Positions 7,914 to 14,004 of a stretch of DNA of 14,004 nucleotides are shown one piece after another (the first letter of the stretch is position 1; every line of letters begins with the position of its first letter). The position numbers were made by a program, and so were the translations under genes. The notes beneath the pieces were generated by a model that did not search any database, had not been told where the DNA came from, and saw nothing but the letters and a program-made list of their open reading frames with translations. Source of the stretch: Elusimicrobiota bacterium (GTDB lineage Bacteria; CG03; SLGR01; JBDRKX01); contig JBDRKX010000109.1 in the NCBI GenBank assembly GCA_043813605.1, positions 1-14,004 on the forward strand. Direction: 5' to 3'.

Positions 7914-8610
7914 AGGCTTTCGGGATATCATCCGGGCTGTTCAGGTTGACCCTTTTACTGTTGTCTACAATATAGCCGATATCTTCACCCGATGATATGG
8001 CGTTGTTTATCGCATTAGCTATTTCATACTCCCCTGTAAGCGATCTTTTCTGGTCTTTAAGGTATTTGAAGAATTCCGGGTGGAAAGCATATAACGCACT
8101 TATCTTCCACCTGGATATATTCTCTGCAGGTTTCTCATATATAAAATTAATCTTATCTTCTCTTATATCCGCTTCTGCGGTGCCCGGATTTTCAGGATTA
8201 TCGGTTATTACCGCTACTCCCATATAATCGTTTCTAACAAAAGTCTCGTTCAGTTTTTCAAGATCATAGTTTCCTATATTATCGCAATATGTCATAAAAA
8301 ATGATTCATTTTCTATATATTTCCCAGCGCATAAAAGAGCGCGGGAAGTACCTTCGGGAACTTTTTGAATAAAATATTCTATCGATATTCCTGCAAAATA
8401 ACCTGCCAGGATATTTTTTATTGACACATCGCTTTCTTTGATGACAATGGCAAGTTTCTTTATTCCGTAGTTGATAAAATTCATTATCGGATATGTTATC
8501 ATCGGACGGTCATTAAGAGGTATCAACGGCTTGGGAGTATCAGGATATTTCTCGTAAAACCTTTTACCGCAGCCGGCTGCAAGGATTATAGCTCTATCGA
8601 TTCTTTCCAC
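7879..8610 (-). CDS. Sugar-phosphate nucleotidyltransferase (RmlA/GlmU N-terminal-like)
   Basis: GTG start; AIILAAGCGKRF..PKPLIP, Q..PEGT, CDN, EKP and GEYEI. Confidence 0.88.
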   Translation of the reverse strand: MERIDRAIILAAGCGKRFYEKYPDTPKPLIPLNDRPMITYPIMNFINYGIKKLAIVIKESDVSIKNILAGYFAGISIEYFIQKVPEGTSRALLCAGKYIENESFFMTYCDNIGNYDLEKLNETFVRNDYMGVAVITDNPENPGTAEADIREDKINFIYEKPAENISRWKISALYAFHPEFFKYLKDQKRSLTGEYEIANAINNAISSGEDIGYIVDNSKRVNLNSPDDIPKASTLLKQKGLRG

Positions 8611-8616
8611 AGGGCC

Positions 8617-9663
8617 TTAGCGTTTCTTCTTACTCCAGACGCCTTCGATTTTTTCACCGCATGACATGCAGGTACCGGCAGTTATATAGTTTTTGTCTAT
8701 ATGGTAACCGGTCCTGATAATCAGCTCTTTACCGCATGAAGGACAGCTTGTTATCGTACTGTCAGGAGTATTTCCTTTATAGATATATTTTAATCCGGCT
8801 TTCTGCCCTGCATTTACCGCCCTTTCGAGCGCGTCAAGCGGCGTTGCCGGCGTATTGGGGAACTTATAGTTAGGAAAAAACCTTGATATATGCCAGGGTA
8901 TACCCGGATCGACATCCGCGATAAACCCGGCGATCCGGGATAATTCTTCTTCGGAATCGTTCAACTCCGGAATAATGAGTGTAGTTATCTCTACCCATAT
9001 CCCGAGTTCTTTCATTTTCCTTATGGTATCGAGGACGGGTTCGAGCCTGCCGCCGGCTACTTTGCGGTACATTTCGTCATTAAAAAATTTCAGGTCTACA
9101 TTAGCGGCATCAAGATACGGCGCTATAGCTTCAAGAGCTTCTCCTGACATGAAACCGTTTGTCACGAATATGTTTTTCAGGCCTTCAGCCGAAGCCAGTT
9201 TGGCAGTATCCAGAGCGTATTCAAAAAATACTGTCGGTTCAGTATAAGTATACGAGATACTCGAAGCTTCCATTGAGCGGGCATTGAAAACTACCTGGTC
9301 AGGCATAAGTTCTATCGATCCCCGGTCTGAGGCGGATATCTTATCCGCCTGGGATATCTGCCAGTTCTGGCAGAAAACACAGGTAAAATTACATCCTACG
9401 GTAGCTATTGAATAGGTGGTTGTTCCAGGCAGGAAATGATAGAGAGGTTTTTTTTCAATGGGATCACATCCGGCGGCAACAGCCCTGCCGTATACGGTCG
9501 TATAGAGTATTCCTGCTCCTGTTCCCGTATTTGTTCTCGTAAAATTTTTCCTTACCGAACAGCGGCCTGACTGCCCCGGGATGATCAGGCAACGATGCGC
9601 ACAAAGATTGCATCGGACCCTTTCGTTAGTAAGTTTATCATAAAAAAGGGCCTCTTTCTCCAT
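8617..9663 (-). CDS. amrS: AmmeMemoRadiSam system radical SAM enzyme
   Basis: N-terminal CNLCAHRC..GRC, DPIEKKPLYHF, radical SAM motif CNFTCVFCQNW, YTYTEP, TNG, NVDLK, WHISRFFP and a C-terminal CPSC..CMSC. Confidence 0.95.
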   Translation of the reverse strand: MEKEALFYDKLTNERVRCNLCAHRCLIIPGQSGRCSVRKNFTRTNTGTGAGILYTTVYGRAVAAGCDPIEKKPLYHFLPGTTTYSIATVGCNFTCVFCQNWQISQADKISASDRGSIELMPDQVVFNARSMEASSISYTYTEPTVFFEYALDTAKLASAEGLKNIFVTNGFMSGEALEAIAPYLDAANVDLKFFNDEMYRKVAGGRLEPVLDTIRKMKELGIWVEITTLIIPELNDSEEELSRIAGFIADVDPGIPWHISRFFPNYKFPNTPATPLDALERAVNAGQKAGLKYIYKGNTPDSTITSCPSCGKELIIRTGYHIDKNYITAGTCMSCGEKIEGVWSKKKR

Positions 9664-9669
9664 ACGAAA

Positions 9670-9861
9670 TTATTCTTCTACTGCTATTATAGCTATAACA
9701 GGACAACTCTCTATAGTCTCTTTTATATTATCTATCCTGTCTGCCGGCACATTATCCATTTTTACGACAGCTACATTTTCCGCCATTTCGAACATTTCCG
9801 GTGATAATTGGACACAGAGCCCGCATCCTATACAGCCTTCGGTATCGATTCTCAGCCTCAT
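9670..9861 (-). CDS. Small mono-cluster ferredoxin
   Basis: 63 aa, acidic; CIGCGLC..SP plus distal CPVIAI; AAGGAG SD. Confidence 0.9.
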   Translation of the reverse strand: MRLRIDTEGCIGCGLCVQLSPEMFEMAENVAVVKMDNVPADRIDNIKETIESCPVIAIIAVEE

Positions 9862-9987
9862 TTTTTACTCCTTTCACTCTTTTATGTCGGAACGATAAAA
9901 GAATATTGCTATTTGATAAAATAATCTTTATTTATATAATTAATTTATTACATTTTTATTAATATGTGTCAATATAACAGTCAATAA

Positions 9988-11349
9988 ATGAAAGAATATT
10001 CCGGCTTATCAATTATAATCCCCACACTAAACGAGAGGGAGAACCTCGAAATTCTCCTTGAAATCCTTTCTCGTAAATATCCCGGGGCGCATATATATAT
10101 AGCCGATGACGGATCTACTGACGGTTCAGCAGAATTTGTCAATGATAAGGCATCGTCCGAATCCGTTACACCGATATGTTTCCTCGACAGAAAAAACAAT
10201 ATTTTCTATACGAATAACCGGGATTTTGACAGGGAAAAATATAAAGCTGACCTGCTTAACCTGAGAGCCATTCCAGGACTGACTTCTTCCGTACTGGATA
10301 CCCTCTCACTTATAAGAACCGATAAATTCGCTGTTATTGACGCTGATATGCAGCATCCGCCCGATATTATAGGCGAGATGTATGACAGACTCGATAACGC
10401 CGATCTTGTATGTGCTTACAGGACAAAACTCGAAGGCTTCCCTTTTTACAGGAAACTCATGACAAAAACCGGTACAATGCTGTCGAATTCTGTCCTCCCG
10501 GCGCATTCAAGAGTGAAAGACCCTTTAAGCGGAGCGTTTGCCGGTAATATAAAAGTACTCGGTGATTATCTTTCACAATCAGAGAAATTCCGGCCGGAAG
10601 GTTTCAAGATACTGTTTGACCTGTTGAAGATCATTCCGCCTGAGGTAAGGATAGCCGCAACAGGATACGAGTTCAAGATGCGGTCAATGGGCAGATCCAA
10701 GATAGGGTACAAACATATGTGGTCTTTCTTCTCATCTATATTTGACCGGAAAACAAAAAAATTCTATACAGGCATACTTCTCATGATGACTGTAATTACT
10801 GCCGGATCGGTACTTATAGCTTTTTACGGTGATATCGGCATATCCGGGAAACTCAGCGCATTTGCAGCCAGCCGGCCGGGATTCCTTAAATTCTCGAAAT
10901 TCGTAACGGATACCGGAAACCCTTTCTATTATGCGCTTTTCACCGCACTCCTTGCCTGGGGAATAATAAAGAAAAGGAAAGATATAATAAGGATGGTGAT
11001 CATCTATATTGTGGTCCAAATCATAGCATCAATGATCATTACCGGCGGATTGAAGATATTAGTGGGAAGACCGAGGCCCGGACACGGATTTGAACACCAT
11101 TTCATGACATCCAGTTCGCGCTGCAAATCTTTTCCGTCAGGCCATACTACAGACGCCTTCTGTTCTGCCGGGGTGATGTGGCTTTTCTTAAGATCCTGGC
11201 TTCTTTCAGGAATCTTTTTTGCGTATTCTCTCTTTATCGGGCTTACCCGCGTTTTCGTCAGATCACACTATCTTCTTGATGTCCTCGCAGGGATGTTTAT
11301 CGGGTTCCTGACCGGCCTGATACTGATGAGAAAAAATAGTTCTAAATAA
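9988..11349 (+). CDS. Fusion of a GT2 polyprenyl-phosphate sugar synthase (DPM1-like) and a C-terminal PAP2 lipid phosphatase
   Basis: GT2 motifs IIIPTLNE, DDGSTDG, DADMQHPP, DPLSG, GFKIL and R..G.SK. These are followed by hydrophobic segments with all three PAP2 motifs: K-x6-RP (KILVGRPRP), PSGH and TR-x5-H-x3-D. Confidence 0.88.
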   Translation: MKEYSGLSIIIPTLNERENLEILLEILSRKYPGAHIYIADDGSTDGSAEFVNDKASSESVTPICFLDRKNNIFYTNNRDFDREKYKADLLNLRAIPGLTSSVLDTLSLIRTDKFAVIDADMQHPPDIIGEMYDRLDNADLVCAYRTKLEGFPFYRKLMTKTGTMLSNSVLPAHSRVKDPLSGAFAGNIKVLGDYLSQSEKFRPEGFKILFDLLKIIPPEVRIAATGYEFKMRSMGRSKIGYKHMWSFFSSIFDRKTKKFYTGILLMMTVITAGSVLIAFYGDIGISGKLSAFAASRPGFLKFSKFVTDTGNPFYYALFTALLAWGIIKKRKDIIRMVIIYIVVQIIASMIITGGLKILVGRPRPGHGFEHHFMTSSSRCKSFPSGHTTDAFCSAGVMWLFLRSWLLSGIFFAYSLFIGLTRVFVRSHYLLDVLAGMFIGFLTGLILMRKNSSK

Positions 11350-11354
11350 ATAAG

Positions 11355-12869
11355 CTAATTCACCGGGTATGGTTTCCGGAAATTCCTGCACTTGTATACA
11401 TAGATGTTTTTTACAAGTTTTTTATTACGCATAACCGGAATAGTCTCAGCAAGTTCTATTGAATCGAAATAACCGCTGTATCTTTGTGAAGGATCAAGAA
11501 AGAATTTGCTGGTACATATAAACAGCCCGTCTTTCCCTATCTCTTTTTCCTGGTCCTGCCATATACTGAAACCTCTTGCATCGCCTATGGATGAGAGACA
11601 CATAACAGGATACCGGCCCCTGACGGCAAAAGCTATCTGACCGCCTACATACCATTTATGGGTAAACAGAAATATATCACTTTCCCGGTAACCGGCTTCT
11701 TTAAGATGTTTCTCTAAAAAATTCCAGCCGATGATGTCTATGGAAATATCTTTTACAGGGCTTTTCTTTTCTATACCCGATTCCGGTAACTCCCTGTTGA
11801 AGATTATTCCGGTATATATCTGAAGCAGAGCTGCCGTAATCAGAAGAATGACAATAAAGGAATGGCCGATGGCATAGAGATTGAACAGCGGTTTTTTCTT
11901 CTCTTTCAGACTTTCGTAAAATTTTCCCGCAGCCAGCGTCAGGGAGATATACCCGATGACCGGCCAGTGCGGCAAAACGCGCTTAAACAAAGACGCTGCC
12001 ATAAAGACAGTAACAGGTAATGCGCCGTAACAGAAAAGGAACCGTTCATACCGGGAATTATTTTTAAAAATAAGAATAACGCTCTTTATCCCGTAATAGA
12101 TGCACGGTATAAAAACAAACGGCAGGATATACCCCATCTGCCCGAAAAACGACTGGTAAAAATACCTTAATTTTATTCCGCCCATGCCGACCCTTTTCCC
12201 CTGGAACAGGAAAGAAACAAACCCGTGACTGTAATTCCATGCAAGTACGGGAGAAAACGTTATGACTGCTGCAAGAAGAGCCAGGTACGGGCCGGGAGTT
12301 AAAAAGAGCTTTCTATGATCTTTATCAAGTATTATAAAAATGAAACCACTTATAAAAAGGAAAGCGGCGGTATATTTTGATAACATCCCGAATCCTGCAA
12401 CCACACCAAGAATAATCCAGTTGAGATGAGTGGGAGCTTCCAGCGTTTTTAATGTCAGGTATAATCCCAGCACCCAGAAAAAGATCAGTCCGGCATCAGG
12501 TAAAAGCATCGTACCCGACAAAAAGAACATAGGGACAACCATAAAAAGAGATACCGCCATAACAGCTTCAGATTTTTTAAGTAAAAGTTTTGCCGTAAGG
12601 AAGAATATATATACGGCTATACTGAAAAGGATTATAGGCAGCAGTCTTAAAGTCAAAGGTGAGACTATGCCGGTTATGCCGGGGATCAATCCTCCCAGAA
12701 GAGCCACAAATGGAGGATGGTCAAAATAGCTCGTATCGGGATGGAGTGAATAGACATAGTAGTATGCCTCGTCCGCTCCCGGCCCCATTAGCAGAGCTAC
12801 TGCAAGCCTTATTATGAGCATGACAATAAACAGTATTACCAGTTGTTTTATCTGTTTATATGTATTCAT
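11355..12869 (-). CDS. ArnT/GT39 (PMT_2, GT-C fold) integral membrane glycosyltransferase
   Basis: Motifs DEAYY, YFDHPP, LRL, LPD, LSKYT and PHWP; many hydrophobic segments and a C-terminal soluble domain. Confidence 0.9.
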   Translation of the reverse strand: MNTYKQIKQLVILFIVMLIIRLAVALLMGPGADEAYYYVYSLHPDTSYFDHPPFVALLGGLIPGITGIVSPLTLRLLPIILFSIAVYIFFLTAKLLLKKSEAVMAVSLFMVVPMFFLSGTMLLPDAGLIFFWVLGLYLTLKTLEAPTHLNWIILGVVAGFGMLSKYTAAFLFISGFIFIILDKDHRKLFLTPGPYLALLAAVITFSPVLAWNYSHGFVSFLFQGKRVGMGGIKLRYFYQSFFGQMGYILPFVFIPCIYYGIKSVILIFKNNSRYERFLFCYGALPVTVFMAASLFKRVLPHWPVIGYISLTLAAGKFYESLKEKKKPLFNLYAIGHSFIVILLITAALLQIYTGIIFNRELPESGIEKKSPVKDISIDIIGWNFLEKHLKEAGYRESDIFLFTHKWYVGGQIAFAVRGRYPVMCLSSIGDARGFSIWQDQEKEIGKDGLFICTSKFFLDPSQRYSGYFDSIELAETIPVMRNKKLVKNIYVYKCRNFRKPYPVN

Positions 12870-12965
12870 TTCAATGAATATTATTAAATTTATGCAGGTA
12901 AATGCAACTCTGTTTTAGTAAATATCTAAGAAAATGTAAAAAAAGGGTTTCCTTTATTTTTAAGG

Positions 12966-14004
12966 GAGATATAATTGAAAGTTGTGTATGAGTTGATTTA
13001 GAAAGATAAGCGGCGTATACTCCAATTGGAATAATAAAGGAGGTATACGCCATGAGAAAGAGTACAAAAAAAGACGTTGGTATTTCAATGGGAATGACGC
13101 TGGAAGAAGTATTGAGGCATGGAGCCAGAACGCTGTTGCAGGAAATGGCCATAGCGGAAGTGGAAGATTTTATCGCTAATTATAAACATCTAAAAGATGA
13201 TGCCGGTTATCAGCGAATTGTTCGTAATGGTTACCATAATCCAAGAGAAATCCTATGGGGCGGCGGCAAAGTAGAAGTTGAAGTACCGCGAGCCAGAGAT
13301 CGCAAGAAAGAAATAGTATATAAGAGCAAATTAATACCCCGCTATCTCAGGCGGGCGAAATCTTTCAGCGAGTTTATTCCGTATCTGTATTTAAGAGGCA
13401 TATCTACCGGAGATTTCAGTGATGTTTTATCAGAATTGCTTGGAGAGGAAGCCAGTCTGTCAGCCGGAACAGTAGTTCGGCTAAAAGAGAAATGGATGAA
13501 AGAATACGAAGAATGGAATAAACGGGACTTATCGCAGAAGAGTTATGTTTACTGGTGGGCGGATGGGGTCTATTTTAATGTCCGCTTAGAAGATGCCCGC
13601 TGCTGCATGCTTATTAATAATCGGAGCTCTTGAAGACGGCACAAAGGAGCTTATAGCAGTCCATGCCGGTTATAGGGAAAGCGAACTGTCCTGGCGGGAG
13701 ATAATGGTGAATTTGAAGAACCAGGGCCTGAATGTTGGGCCAAAGCTTGCCATAGGAGACGGCGCTCTGGGTTTCTGGTCAGCGCTGAGAAAAGAATTCC
13801 CGGAAACAAGGGAGCAGCGTTGCTGGGTACATCTGACGGCAAATGTGCTGGATAAAATGCCGAAATCCGTTCAGAAGAATGCCAAGCAGATGATTTATGA
13901 CATATATCTTGCACCGACAAAAGAAGAAGCAGAAAAAGCTTTTAAAGCCTTTGTCGATCTGTATCAGGCCAAATATCCGAAAGCGGTAGCGTGCCTTATA
14001 AAAT
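12966..14004 (+). mobile_element. IS256-family insertion sequence; left end present, right part outside the window
   Basis: GAGATATAATTGAAAGTTGTGTA at 12966-12988 resembles IS256-family ends (GAG start, TTGTGTA at positions 17-23). It is followed by an AAGGAGGT SD and a Mutator-type transposase. The exact end is inferred because the right IR is not visible. Confidence 0.8.
13052..14004 (+). pseudogene. IS256-family (Mutator) transposase with a one-base frameshift near 13616, running off the window
   Basis: The first frame gives RNGY, VPRARD, LYLRGISTGD and YWWADGVY, then stops at 13633. Skipping one base at about 13616 restores IIGALEDGTKELIAVHAGYRESELSW...IGDGALGFW...QRCWVHLTANV, open to the window end. 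Confidence 0.9.

Noticed and set aside
8617..9861. Radical SAM plus small ORF as a RiPP cluster
   Set aside because: The small ORF is a clear ferredoxin, and the enzyme has AmrS signatures with no SPASM or RRE domain.
9968..9986. gtcaata direct repeat before GT2-PAP2
   Set aside because: Only 7 bp in very AT-rich DNA, so it cannot be distinguished from chance.
12938..12961. Possible terminator aaagg-gttt-ccttt flanked by A/T tracts
   Set aside because: The stem is only 5 bp with two GC pairs, and no gene ends there in this window.
12871..13152. 93-aa minus-strand ORF, and the 13651-13920 ORF
   Set aside because: Both are antisense to the transposase, the first crosses the IS boundary, and neither shows motifs.
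13610..13633. Programmed ribosomal frameshift in the transposase
   Set aside because: There is no slippery heptamer, the required shift is +1, and this is not a known feature of IS256.

Overview
Gene-dense bacterial DNA with 14 complete CDSs and the left part of an IS256-family element whose transposase is frameshifted. The left half is a tightly coupled 8-gene minus-strand run: amrB (MEMO1), polX, metallophosphoesterase, SAM methyltransferase, yjbQ, orphan peptide-binding protein, NYN/YacP RNase and an exported hypothetical. An RNase Z-like MBL hydrolase lies divergent from it. A second minus-strand unit holds a ferredoxin, amrS (radical SAM) and a nucleotidyltransferase. A GT2 (polyprenyl-phosphate sugar synthase)-PAP2 phosphatase fusion converges on an ArnT/GT39-type glycosyltransferase. 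The main points of interest are: (1) the GT2-PAP2 fusion with its ArnT-like neighbour as a compact envelope or lipid A remodelling module; (2) a split AmmeMemoRadiSam system with no amrA in the window, surrounded by nucleic-acid end-processing enzymes and with an adjacent ferredoxin; (3) a structured regulatory region at 1-91 that shares an 11-mer with the ferredoxin leader; (4) short in-frame tandem-repeat insertions in several enzymes. All calls rest on motif recognition by eye; no searches were run.
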